From: Candidatus Hydrogenedens sp.
GTDB taxonomy: Bacteria; Hydrogenedentota; Hydrogenedentia; Hydrogenedentales; Hydrogenedentaceae
Reading direction: 5' to 3'
DNA length: 39,105 bases
Assembly: GCA_049968235.1 (NCBI GenBank)
Contig: JBMFRC010000028.1
Location: 1-39,105, forward strand
Part shown: in pieces, positions 6,852-15,948 of the stretch
How the letters are laid out: each line of letters begins with the position of its first letter
How positions within the stretch are numbered: position 1 is the first letter of the stretch
The notes under the pieces: model-generated
Told to the model about the DNA's origin: nothing
The model's database searches: none
The model's input: the letters and a program-made list of their open reading frames with translations, nothing else
Translations under genes and position numbers: made by a program

Positions 6852-8579
6852 TTGAATGTGAGAATAGCTAAAAAACGATTACCCGAGATGCTTCTCGATT
6901 TAGGAGTTATTAACAAAGAAAAATTAAATGAATGTATAAAAATTCAACAGCAGACAGGTAAAAATCTTCAAGATATATTACTTGAAAAGAAGTATATATC
7001 AGAGGAAGAACTGGTGGAAACACTCAGCGAACAACTTCAAATTCCTCATATCCGTGTATCAAATTATGCAATCCCCAAAGAAGTACTTGCTGAAGTTCCC
7101 GAAGGACTTGCAAAACAATATCAAGTATTACCTATCTCTATAACAGGTGATATTTTAACACTTGCCATGGCAAATCCATTAAATATCCTTGCTTTAGATG
7201 ATATTCGAATGATAACAGGTAAGGAAATTGAGCCTGTGATTGCTATGCCCTCAGAACTTCGTGATGTGATAGAGAAAAACTATAGTGGTGATAGGGCATC
7301 GGAGATATATGCTTCTTTATTAGCAGAACATTCGCAACAAGATGAAGTTGAAGAATTTAAGACTTCATCCGAAGAAGTTGAGGATGTAAGTAAAATTGAA
7401 TCCGTAGAAGAAGATGAACCTGTAAAAAAAATGGCGCGTCTGATTGTTCTGGATGCTCTAGAAAGAGGAGCGTCAGACATACATATTGAGCCATTTGAAA
7501 AAATTATTCGCATTCGCTATCGTGTAGACGGTGCCCTCGAGGAAGCAAAATCACCTCCTAAGTCTATGCAATCAAATCTTATTGCTCGCTTTAAAATTTT
7601 ATCGGGTTGTAGAATTGATGAACATCGTCTCCCACAAGATGGTCGTTTCCGCATAAAATTTCGAGGTAGAGAGATAGATTTCCGTGTAGCATTTCTTCCT
7701 TGTAAATATGGCGAAAAGATAGTATTGCGTGTACTTGATAAGAGCAATTTGGTGTTGAATCTTGAAGATATGGGTTTTGAGCCTCAGCCTCTGGAAGCAT
7801 TATACCATGCGTTGAAATTACCCCATGGCATGATACTTTTAACGGGACCAACAGGAAGTGGTAAAACCACAACACTATACAGTTGCTTAACCCGCCTGAA
7901 TACAATAGAAACAAATATAGTAACTGTAGAAGACCCTATCGAGTATGAATTGTTTGGAATTAATCAGGTGCAGGTGCAATCCCGTATTGGATTTACATTT
8001 GCAGAAGCATTACGCCAAATTTTGCGTCAGGACCCTAATATTATAATGGTCGGGGAAATCCGTGATGGAGAGACAGCAGATATAGCAGTGAAAGCAGCAT
8101 TGACCGGGCACCTTGTGTTAAGCACATTACACACAAACGACGCCGCAGGTGTATTTCCTCGATTAATAGATATGGGTATAGAGCCATTCCTTGTCCAATC
8201 CTCTGTGGCTCTCGCAGCAGCACAACGATTATTAAAACGAGTTTGTAAAGAATGTAAAGAAAATATATCTGTAGATAGAAATGTGTTAGAACGTATTCAA
8301 TTTCATGGATTCCCCCACATTCCTAATCCTCAATTTGTCCGGGGCAGAGGTTGTCCAAAATGTAAGGACTCGGGATATAAAGGACGGATTGCCTGTCTGG
8401 AAGCCATGTTAAATTGGCCTGAATTGCATCCACTGGTTTTGAACCGTGCATCAGGTTATGAAATTAAGAAACAAGCAATTGCATGTGGAATGAAAACACT
8501 GCGACAAAATGCACTTGCCCTTGCTGCACGAAGTTTTACAACGATTGAACAGGTTCTTGAGCATACTATTGCTGATTAA
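6852..8579 (+). CDS. Type II secretion / type IV pilus assembly ATPase of the GspE/PilB/MshE family, with N-terminal MshEN-type domain
   Basis: TTG start with RBS aggag 6846-6850. N-term 'RLPEMLLDLGVINKEKLNECIKIQ' + 'LQDILLEKKYISEEELVETLSEQ' (MshEN-like tandem motifs) and 'IPHIRVSNYAIPKEVLAEVPEGLAKQYQVLPI'; Walker A 'LLTGPTGSGKTTTLYSCL'; Asp/His boxes 'IIMVGEIRDGETADIAVKAALTGHLVLSTLHTND'; tetracysteine Zn motif 'CKECKE...GRGCPKCKDSGYKGR'. Confidence 0.9.
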   Translation: MNVRIAKKRLPEMLLDLGVINKEKLNECIKIQQQTGKNLQDILLEKKYISEEELVETLSEQLQIPHIRVSNYAIPKEVLAEVPEGLAKQYQVLPISITGDILTLAMANPLNILALDDIRMITGKEIEPVIAMPSELRDVIEKNYSGDRASEIYASLLAEHSQQDEVEEFKTSSEEVEDVSKIESVEEDEPVKKMARLIVLDALERGASDIHIEPFEKIIRIRYRVDGALEEAKSPPKSMQSNLIARFKILSGCRIDEHRLPQDGRFRIKFRGREIDFRVAFLPCKYGEKIVLRVLDKSNLVLNLEDMGFEPQPLEALYHALKLPHGMILLTGPTGSGKTTTLYSCLTRLNTIETNIVTVEDPIEYELFGINQVQVQSRIGFTFAEALRQILRQDPNIIMVGEIRDGETADIAVKAALTGHLVLSTLHTNDAAGVFPRLIDMGIEPFLVQSSVALAAAQRLLKRVCKECKENISVDRNVLERIQFHGFPHIPNPQFVRGRGCPKCKDSGYKGRIACLEAMLNWPELHPLVLNRASGYEIKKQAIACGMKTLRQNALALAARSFTTIEQVLEHTIAD

Positions 8580-8611
8580 TATCCATTTCTTAGTATAAAA
8601 AGGCTTTTTGA

Positions 8612-9538
8612 ATGAAAAGAGGAAATCAAAAAAAAAGGAAAGTAGTGAATAGTTTTTTATTTATTTCCTTACTTTTATTTCTAGCTTCATGTGAAGGAAT
8701 CTACACAATACAGGGAAAAGTTTTTGCCATTAATGGAGAGCCTCTCCCCGGTGTATGTGTTTCCAGTCCCGAAATATTTAGCCATGTAATAACAAATGCA
8801 AAAGGGAGCTTTGTTTTTCGTTTTTCAAAACCCATTAGCAAGTTAGAGTTTATAAAATCAGATTATCTTCCGTTTACCATTTCCCTTCATTTCTCCGAAA
8901 AAAAATACATTACTCTAACGGATATATTTCTTACCCCCAAACCTTCATCTCCCGGTGTTTATTTCCTTGATAAAGAAAAAAATAGATATTTACCCTTAAT
9001 AAAAGGGAAAATAGAGAGAACCCAATTCCAAAAGCGAAATTCTGTTCCTTCTATAAAATTAAGTGAGATAGTACACATTAGAGATACTTTCCCACAACTT
9101 TATGTTTTTCGTTTACCACAATATGATATAACCTTGTATCAGATGAAAGAATATACTACCGGAGCAGACGAAACAAAACCTGACAAAAATTCAGATAAAA
9201 AGGAAAAACAGTCTGCTGAGAAAGATACGGAAGTATCTAAGGAAAGAAAAATATGGATTCCCGATAAACCTATTTTAACTTATGCTGAGTTCCTTTCAGA
9301 ACAGGATACAAGTTTGTTCCTATTTAAGCCTGTAAGTGAATTAAAACCCGGTGTCTATTGTGTAAATTGGCGAGCTTTTGAGGTACCTTTCCCGCGGATG
9401 AGCGAATGCTTTTTATTCTCTGTTGAAGAAGAACAAAAAGCGGAAGAATCTTCTGCAAAAACTCCTTTATCCGATACAAAAAAAGAGGACGAAAATAAAA
9501 AAACAGGGGATGGTAAAGTAGGTAAAAACAAATTGTAG
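8612..9538 (+). CDS. Lipoprotein of unknown function with N-terminal carboxypeptidase-regulatory-like beta-sandwich and Lys/Glu-rich C-terminal tail
   Basis: Signal peptide + lipobox 'LLFLASCEG'; 'GKVFAINGEPLPGVCVSS...TNAKGSFVFRF' resembles CarboxypepD_reg-like domains; C-terminal KKEDENKKTGDGKVGKNKL. Confidence 0.5.
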   Translation: MKRGNQKKRKVVNSFLFISLLLFLASCEGIYTIQGKVFAINGEPLPGVCVSSPEIFSHVITNAKGSFVFRFSKPISKLEFIKSDYLPFTISLHFSEKKYITLTDIFLTPKPSSPGVYFLDKEKNRYLPLIKGKIERTQFQKRNSVPSIKLSEIVHIRDTFPQLYVFRLPQYDITLYQMKEYTTGADETKPDKNSDKKEKQSAEKDTEVSKERKIWIPDKPILTYAEFLSEQDTSLFLFKPVSELKPGVYCVNWRAFEVPFPRMSECFLFSVEEEQKAEESSAKTPLSDTKKEDENKKTGDGKVGKNKL

Positions 9539-9655
9539 CAATATTTTTTGAGTTAGTCCTACAAATGATAAAATAAGCTATTATTTTTGGGTCTAAGAGG
9601 AATTGAAAATATAAAACATAATTAGAAAAATACTGTAAGTTTTGGATATAGAGTA

Positions 9656-10447
9656 ATGAAAGAGAAAAATACACAGGATAAAATCGACGATATGTTATCA
9701 AGAGATACATTAAAACTGAAATTAGAACAGTTTGAAGGTCCGTTTGAAATACTTCTTTATCTAATCAAAGAACAGGAAATAGACATATTTGATATACCGA
9801 TAGTTCAGATAACAGAACAGTATCTTGAAATCCTTGATTTAATGAAAGAACGGCAATTAGAAATTGCAGGTGATTTTCTTGTGATGGCAGCAACACTAAT
9901 TCAGATAAAATCGCGTATGCTTCTCCCTCCGGATACTGACGAAGAAGAGGAAATTGAAGAAGAAGACCCAAGATTAGAATTAGTAGAGCGTTTGTTAGAA
10001 TATCGAAAATTCAAGGAATTAGGGAAAAAATTAGGAGAATTGGAAGAACAACAATATGATTTTCTACCGAGAAAATTTCCTTCCTATTTAGAACCTTCTG
10101 TCCAGGAAGAATGGGTTGAAGTTACACTTGCGGATTTGATGAAAGCAATAAAAAGAGTATTGCGTTACCTTTTAGAGCCTTCTGTCCAATGGATAGAACT
10201 TGAAAAATATACGGTAGAAGAAAAGATTACCGAAATATGGGACACATTATCCAGGCAACAGAGTATTTCTTCCGTAGAACTTTTGAAAGAATGCAAAACA
10301 ACGATAGAAAAAGTATGTGTTATTTTGGCAATATTGGAACTATGCCGGCAAAGAAAAATAGTGTTCCGTCAACAACAGCCTTATGGACAATTTTTCTTGT
10401 ATGTAACAAAAAACTACGATGAGACCCCTGTTGATATAAGTGGCTAA
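9656..10447 (+). CDS. scpA: Segregation and condensation protein A (kleisin of the SMC-ScpAB complex)
   Basis: 'FEGPFEILLYLIKEQEIDIFDIPIVQITEQYLEIL...LEIAGDFLVMAATLIQIKSRMLLP' is the ScpA N-terminal signature; ~260 aa. Confidence 0.85.
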   Translation: MKEKNTQDKIDDMLSRDTLKLKLEQFEGPFEILLYLIKEQEIDIFDIPIVQITEQYLEILDLMKERQLEIAGDFLVMAATLIQIKSRMLLPPDTDEEEEIEEEDPRLELVERLLEYRKFKELGKKLGELEEQQYDFLPRKFPSYLEPSVQEEWVEVTLADLMKAIKRVLRYLLEPSVQWIELEKYTVEEKITEIWDTLSRQQSISSVELLKECKTTIEKVCVILAILELCRQRKIVFRQQQPYGQFFLYVTKNYDETPVDISG

Positions 10448-10838
10448 TTGGTTAGAAAAAATATTTCCTTTTATAAAAATAGATAGAGAACTTACACCCA
10501 GAGATTTGGGTAGGGAAGGAGAAAAAGAGGCTGTTCGTTTTTTGAAAAATCAGGGATTAAAAGTTTTGGGAACAAATGTCAGAATAAGAAAATATGAAAT
10601 TGATTTAATTGCCCGGGATGGCAATGAACTTGTTTTTGTAGAGGTAAAAACATGTCGCAATGATAAATGGAACTACCCAGAGGATAAAGTTAATTATAAA
10701 AAAAGGAAAAATTTAAGGAAAGCAGGGAAACAGTATATTATTCGATATGCCCCACATACCAAATATTACCGTTTTGATATTATTGCAATAACATGGGAGC
10801 CTACTCTATCTGTCCAGTGGATAAAAAATGCTTTTTAA
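10440..10838 (+). CDS. yraN: YraN family (UPF0102) endonuclease-like protein
   Basis: GTG start overlapping the scpA stop by 8 nt (translational coupling). 'GEKEAVRFLKNQGLKVLGTNVRIRKYEIDLIARDGNELVFVEVKTCRN' and C-terminal 'VQWIKNAF' match YraN (E. coli ...GEIDLIMREG..VFVEVRYRR...VEWIKDAF). Confidence 0.8.
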   Translation: MANWLEKIFPFIKIDRELTPRDLGREGEKEAVRFLKNQGLKVLGTNVRIRKYEIDLIARDGNELVFVEVKTCRNDKWNYPEDKVNYKKRKNLRKAGKQYIIRYAPHTKYYRFDIIAITWEPTLSVQWIKNAF

Positions 10839-10841
10839 CCT

Positions 10842-11939
10842 TTATGGATTATCTACCCATGATAGCCATTCAACTTTTCCCTGTGCGTCAATCATAAATT
10901 TCCTTGCCCTTAAATTCGATGAAGGACCTTCTTCATAATAGACGATAAGTATACTATCATCTTTTAATGTTACCATAGAAGGGTATGCCCCTATGCACGG
11001 GTCAACTAATATTGGTTCGTTCCATGAAACAGCATCATCTGTACTTATACTTATACAGGTTCCCTTGTGAGGTGAACGAATACCCATTAATAAAACTCCT
11101 GATGGTGCACGATATAAATAAGGAGAATGCCCCGGGAAAGGGAGTGCTTTACTGATGCTCCATGTTTTGCCCCCATCAGTAGATAATGAAAATCCCATAG
11201 GTAAGTCGCTATGTCCCCGTTGTGCAATAAATAGATTCTGATTCTTCAATATACATATATCCGGTTCCGCATCAAGTTTTAATGTCCCATAATCAATGTC
11301 AATAGGAGTAGACCATGTGATTCCTTTATCTTTCGAAAGAGATACTGCACCACAACCTCCTTTTCGTTCATCGGCATATAGACTAATGATTAATATACCA
11401 TCTGAAAGTGTTCGTATCGGAGAACTACAGTAATACTCAGAAAAAATTTGTTGAGGTTCCGACCATGTTTTTCCCCAATCTTCAGAAGAAATTATCCATG
11501 TTCCCAAGCCTTCCCATTGCTTGTCCTGATTTTTAATGGGTTTTAAAGAAAAGAAATTACAAATCAACTTTTTATTGTCAATCACTGCGATAGATGGGTC
11601 ACGGTCATCATAAGGACTATCATAAACAACAAAGGGCTTTCCCCATGTTTTCCCTTCATCTTCCGAAAATATTCCAGAAATTCGTCCTCCTTTAGGGTAT
11701 GTATCATTCGGCAATGATACATGGGCATAGCCATCATAAAAAACACAGAGTAATCTTCCATCAGGTAGTCTGCATATATCAGGGAAAGCCTCATAAGCAC
11801 CTCTACCACCATCTTTACATATAACAAGGTAGTCTTTTCCCTCTTGCAGGGGTAAGGATTGCCCCTCTGCATAAGCACAAACAGATAGAAGATACAACAG
11901 GAATATCCATTGCCAAAATATAAACTGTAGTCGTTTCAT
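10842..11939 (-). CDS. Secreted BNR/Asp-box repeat glycoside hydrolase (GH33 sialidase-like beta-propeller)
   Basis: Signal peptide; five Asp-box repeats 'SEDEGKTWGKP', 'SEDWGKTWSEP', 'SKDKGITWSTP', 'STDGGKTWSIS', 'STDDAVSWNEP' (S-x-D-x-G-x-T-W). Confidence 0.7.
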   Translation of the reverse strand: MKRLQFIFWQWIFLLYLLSVCAYAEGQSLPLQEGKDYLVICKDGGRGAYEAFPDICRLPDGRLLCVFYDGYAHVSLPNDTYPKGGRISGIFSEDEGKTWGKPFVVYDSPYDDRDPSIAVIDNKKLICNFFSLKPIKNQDKQWEGLGTWIISSEDWGKTWSEPQQIFSEYYCSSPIRTLSDGILIISLYADERKGGCGAVSLSKDKGITWSTPIDIDYGTLKLDAEPDICILKNQNLFIAQRGHSDLPMGFSLSTDGGKTWSISKALPFPGHSPYLYRAPSGVLLMGIRSPHKGTCISISTDDAVSWNEPILVDPCIGAYPSMVTLKDDSILIVYYEEGPSSNLRARKFMIDAQGKVEWLSWVDNP

Positions 11940-12034
11940 GTCATTTTCCTTTTATTTTGATTTGTTAATATGATATGTTAATAAATACTATAATAATCGC
12001 CATAAATAAATAACAAATGTAAGGAGGGAATGAC

Positions 12035-12571
12035 ATGAATAATTTACTTCAAGTAATTAAAGAACGAAGAACCATTCGTAAGTATCAAAACAAGCCTATA
12101 TCAGACGAACTGTTAAATACCATTCTGGAAGCAGGTAGATGGGCACAATCATGGGCGAATACACAGTGTTGGTATGTCATTGTAGTAAAAGATGAAAAAG
12201 TAAAAGAAGAACTCCAAAAAACAGTTCCCTCTGGCAATCCCTCATATCAAGCAATTGTAGATGCCCCTGTTTTATTATGCCTTTGTGCTAAGAAAAATAT
12301 ATCAGGTTTTTATAAGGGAAATGCATGTACTCCTTTTGGAGATTGGTTATTGTTTGATATGGGTGTCTTTGCTCAAAATATTGCTTTATCTGCTTATTCA
12401 TTAGGTTTGGGAACTGTAATTGTAGGGCTTTTAGACCAGAAATCCGCCCAGAAAATATTAAAACTTGGTGATGATAAAGAATTGGTTGCGTTAATGCCTC
12501 TTGGTTTCCCTGCTGATGTTCCCTCAGCACCCCCTCGTAAAGAAATAAAGGATTTTGTTCAATACATTTAA
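12035..12571 (+). CDS. Nitroreductase family protein (FMN-dependent)
   Basis: 'RRTIRKYQNKPISDELLNTILEAGRWAQSWANTQCWYVIVVKD' is the nitroreductase N-terminal signature; RBS aaggaggg 12020-12027. Confidence 0.85.
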   Translation: MNNLLQVIKERRTIRKYQNKPISDELLNTILEAGRWAQSWANTQCWYVIVVKDEKVKEELQKTVPSGNPSYQAIVDAPVLLCLCAKKNISGFYKGNACTPFGDWLLFDMGVFAQNIALSAYSLGLGTVIVGLLDQKSAQKILKLGDDKELVALMPLGFPADVPSAPPRKEIKDFVQYI

Positions 12572-15066
12572 TTTCCTATTTCTTCTTCGAGCAAGTTACA
12601 TTCAGAAATTCTTTTTTGCAAAGTGTTAATATAAAGGGTTTTTATCTCAAAACCCCGAAAAGAGACAGAAAAATTTAAATCAAGAGGAGGAATGTGTATC
12701 TCTGTCTCCTGTGTATTACCTGTGGGTTCAAATAATCGTAGAATATAACCATTCTTCTTTTCGGCTTTTTTGAAAGCAGAAAGCACAATCGAAGGGTTTT
12801 CTATAACAATTCCATTGATATAAGGGTTCCCTTTTTGCGTTGGGACAAAAGAAAGGAAGAAAGGTTTCTCATTATGTGCCAATGCTTCATTGTCTATTGT
12901 CCGAAATCTATCCTGTGCGTTTCCACCTGTTATCCAGAAACGGAATATACGTTCCCCTTGCTCCATTCGTGGAGTAAATCGGTCTTGAGGAACTAAGGGG
13001 CGGTTCTTGAAAGGTAAAGAAGAATAAGCAGGTGAGTGGAGTAATGAAAGACGAATGGTATTGTTTACAAAATCGGAACCGTAAATTCCATCATTGATAA
13101 TTGTTAGTGCCAGGTTTTTGTTCGGACTATAACCCGCAACCCATTTTTGTGAAACAACTTCATATTGTTCCCCGGGCAATTTATCTTTTCCAAAAACGAC
13201 CTGCCCTATATATTCAGTATCATTCCAGGGTAAAGGAACAGAGAGTTTTAACATACGATCTTTTTCAAACCAGAAAACACGAACCTGTATTTCTATTTCC
13301 GGAAGAAGTTTCGGTATTTTATAGTGAATAACAATGTATGAGTTATTGTATTTGAAGATAGCCTCAACAACAGTTCTTACCTCCCCATCTTCGATAATAT
13401 GAACGGGCGAATATTTATCTTTTTGAATACCACATATCTTGGGAACTTCTGTTTCATCTAATAAAGAGAAAACACCTTCGACCTCTTTGTAATTTAAAAC
13501 TTCACTTCCCCATGGATCTTCGTTATCTTTAATTACAATAGGGAGGAAAGCAGAAGTTTGAAGAAAATCATTGCCATTAATACGATAAAAATCTATGAGC
13601 CCTTTTTCAGCATTTATTCCTATATGGGTATTATTCCCTTTGATTTCTATAATTCCGTTTTTGATATTCAAATTGGATGGGGGTTTTTGGGGAAGTATTG
13701 TATCCGTTTTTATATCAATTTGCGTTATTTGTGAAGGGGGTAATGTGGTCGTAAAAACCATTTTCTTCCGCCAATCAACAGCCACATTTCCATGTTCTTT
13801 TTCTACCTGAGAAGGGATGAGATTTTTATTGATAAACATTTCCGGCAATACAAAAGAATCTTCAAAATTAAAATCAGGAAGGCAAAATTCTGCTTCAAAA
13901 ATTTGTTTTACAGGGAATGGATGTGGATTGTATGCAAATAGGGGAACAGTTCCCACAGAGGACATTTCATTTAGCCTGCATAAGGAAAAGAAACAACGTG
14001 CTTTAATCCGGGAAACAATATTTAATCCATGGTCCAAAATTTGTAATGCTGTATCTTCCACGGGGGGGATAGAAGAACCGGGTAATATATCGTGAAATTC
14101 AGCAAATAACAAATTTTCCAGTGCTTGATGTAATTCATTTGATGGATACTCCAATAATCCAAGAATAGCACATACACTTGCCATTTTCTCTGCCATGTAT
14201 AAATCGTTTTCTAATTTCCTGTGTTTTTGTTTTATCCGAATCTGTGAAGTGTAACAGCCCGGAGCCCATGGATTTAAGTCTCGTTCCAACTTTGGAAATG
14301 TTTTTTGTTCTTCCTGTAGTTCTTTGAAAAAAGAATCCGTTGTGGAATGAAAAATTTCGGGTTCATCGGTGGAATGAATGAGTTCCATTAAATCTTTACA
14401 ATCCTTAAAAGAAGGACCGCCACCATGGTTCCCTACACCCCACAAAACAAGCCCTATAAAATGGTCTGAGTGTTCTTTTATCCATTGTTCCACTTTTTCA
14501 CGGGCTTTACCCAAAGGGGCATTATACCAGCCCATAAAACGATATGCTATCACTTCTGAGCCATCATATCCTTTCCAGATAAATCCTTTTTCAGGTAACG
14601 AAAATATTTCTGCATGGGGTCTGCCAAAAAGATAGTACTTATAACCAGATTTTGCAAGGATTTGAACCAATCCCCGAGAATGTCCAAAAGGGTCAAAATT
14701 TATGGCTGTTTCGGGTTCCACTCCAAATTTCTCTTTGAAATAATTTTTCCCAATAAGAATCTGACGAACAAAAGATTCACCGGAGGGCATATTACAATCC
14801 GGTTGAAGAAACCACCCTCCCATGATATTCCACTTGCCCTTTTGCACTTGCATTTGAATTCTATTAAATAATTCAGGAGAATACATTTCTACCCATTTAT
14901 AAAGAATGGCTTCGTTATGGTTAAAGATAAACTCATCAAATTGCTCACATAATTCTACAGCGGTTTTAAAGGTAGAAAGGGTTTCACCAGCACCTTCTTC
15001 CCATTCCCACAGCCAGCATGGGTCTAAGTGTGCATTACACAAAAGATGTATTCGTCGTTTGTGCAT
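12568..15066 (-). CDS. Glycoside hydrolase family 38 alpha-mannosidase
   Basis: N-terminal 'IHLLCNAHLDPCWLWEWEEGAGETL...FIFNHNEAILYKWVEMYSPELFNRIQMQVQKGKWNIMGGWFLQPDCNMPSGESFVRQILIGKNYFKEKFG' is the GH38 N-terminal catalytic-domain signature; 832 aa. Converges on and overlaps the nitroreductase gene by 4 nt. Confidence 0.85.
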   Translation of the reverse strand: MHKRRIHLLCNAHLDPCWLWEWEEGAGETLSTFKTAVELCEQFDEFIFNHNEAILYKWVEMYSPELFNRIQMQVQKGKWNIMGGWFLQPDCNMPSGESFVRQILIGKNYFKEKFGVEPETAINFDPFGHSRGLVQILAKSGYKYYLFGRPHAEIFSLPEKGFIWKGYDGSEVIAYRFMGWYNAPLGKAREKVEQWIKEHSDHFIGLVLWGVGNHGGGPSFKDCKDLMELIHSTDEPEIFHSTTDSFFKELQEEQKTFPKLERDLNPWAPGCYTSQIRIKQKHRKLENDLYMAEKMASVCAILGLLEYPSNELHQALENLLFAEFHDILPGSSIPPVEDTALQILDHGLNIVSRIKARCFFSLCRLNEMSSVGTVPLFAYNPHPFPVKQIFEAEFCLPDFNFEDSFVLPEMFINKNLIPSQVEKEHGNVAVDWRKKMVFTTTLPPSQITQIDIKTDTILPQKPPSNLNIKNGIIEIKGNNTHIGINAEKGLIDFYRINGNDFLQTSAFLPIVIKDNEDPWGSEVLNYKEVEGVFSLLDETEVPKICGIQKDKYSPVHIIEDGEVRTVVEAIFKYNNSYIVIHYKIPKLLPEIEIQVRVFWFEKDRMLKLSVPLPWNDTEYIGQVVFGKDKLPGEQYEVVSQKWVAGYSPNKNLALTIINDGIYGSDFVNNTIRLSLLHSPAYSSLPFKNRPLVPQDRFTPRMEQGERIFRFWITGGNAQDRFRTIDNEALAHNEKPFFLSFVPTQKGNPYINGIVIENPSIVLSAFKKAEKKNGYILRLFEPTGNTQETEIHIPPLDLNFSVSFRGFEIKTLYINTLQKRISECNLLEEEIGN

Positions 15067-15098
15067 GATAAAAGTTCCTTATGCTCTCAAAAAATTAA

Positions 15099-15836
15099 TT
15101 AAGAGTCTGTAGAAATATCTTTTAAGTTAGATTCAAATTGTTTTCGAACTGCTTCAAGATGTCGAATTATGAGTAATTCTGCCAAATCCCCATCGCGTTG
15201 TTCAAAGGCTTCTAATATGCGCTCAGCAAGTCGGTCTAACTCCTGTTTCCCAATCAGAATGATATCCACCATCTCATTAATTTTAAGAAAGGCTTGCCAC
15301 ATTGTATTGTACAAAAGTTCATAAATCTGGTTTCTTGTTGCTTGAGAAAATAGGCGGAAAAAACGTTCATTTACTTTTTGTAATTCCTCCGGATTGTATA
15401 TGGTAGTTTTCCTCTTCTGGAATAGATAACGAAGTTCATCCAATTCTTCCTGAGTATGTCGTTCCGCAGCAAGACGGACAACCTGTCGGACCATATTGTC
15501 TCTGAATTCAAGAATGTCCTTAAGCAAAGGTAAATTTACTGTCCCATTTTCATCACGAATTAATGTGTCAAATAATTCAAGTCCTCCAATCAGATCAATG
15601 TCTTGGACAACAATACCAGACCCCTGTCGAATTTTGACCAACCCTAAAGCCTCTAATCTTTTTAATGCTTCTCGGACACTATGTCGTGTGGCTTTGAACT
15701 TTTCTGCTAATTCCCGTTCTGTGGGTAATTTTTCTCCCGATTTATATTCTTTATTAATAATTTTCCTGCATAGTTCATCTGCAATTTTTTTAGACCGTGT
15801 TGAAGCAAAGTTTTTTTCGTTTTTTTTCTTTTCCAT
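15099..15836 (-). CDS. GntR-family transcriptional regulator (FadR/FCD-type C-terminal domain) with Lys-rich N-terminal extension
   Basis: wHTH '[42 protein letters not shown]'; alpha-helical C-terminal effector domain. Confidence 0.85.
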   Translation of the reverse strand: MEKKKNEKNFASTRSKKIADELCRKIINKEYKSGEKLPTERELAEKFKATRHSVREALKRLEALGLVKIRQGSGIVVQDIDLIGGLELFDTLIRDENGTVNLPLLKDILEFRDNMVRQVVRLAAERHTQEELDELRYLFQKRKTTIYNPEELQKVNERFFRLFSQATRNQIYELLYNTMWQAFLKINEMVDIILIGKQELDRLAERILEAFEQRDGDLAELLIIRHLEAVRKQFESNLKDISTDS

Positions 15837-15864
15837 AATTGTTCAACCAATTTTGAAATTTAAT

Positions 15865-15893
15865 TTGACAAAAGACCTTTTATTTGATATATT
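15865..15893 (+). promoter_or_regulatory. Sigma70-type promoter for the DUF1559 gene: TTGACA-N17-TATATT
   Basis: ttgaca 15865-15870, 17-nt spacer, tatatt 15888-15893; about 55 nt upstream of ATG 15949. Confidence 0.5.
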
Positions 15894-15898
15894 ATACA

Positions 15899-15915
15899 AA
15901 TTGGTTCATCCAATT
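15899..15915. promoter_or_regulatory. 17-bp perfect palindrome AATTGG-ttcat-CCAATT, candidate operator for the divergent GntR regulator
   Basis: aattggttcatccaatt is its own reverse complement in the 6-bp arms. A third copy of the half-site (aaCCAATTtt, 15845-15854) lies 45 bp upstream on the other side of the -35. It sits between the -10 and the RBS of the DUF1559 gene. Confidence 0.4.
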
Positions 15916-15948
15916 ATAAAAATTAATATAATCAAAGGAGAACAAAAA

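Noticed and set aside
13101-15112. Series of 68-92-aa plus-strand ORFs (13101, 13595, 13817, 14378, 14614, 14906)
   Set aside because: All lie antisense within the GH38 alpha-mannosidase gene and lack RBS or start context. They are artefacts of a long gene on the opposite strand.
15496-15948. 5' extension of the listed 465-aa ORF 15496-16893
   Set aside because: The upstream 151 codons lie antisense over the GntR gene and across the promoter. A clean RBS (aaaggag) + ATG at 15949 starts the recognisable prepilin signal [12 protein letters not shown], so the true gene is 15949-16893.
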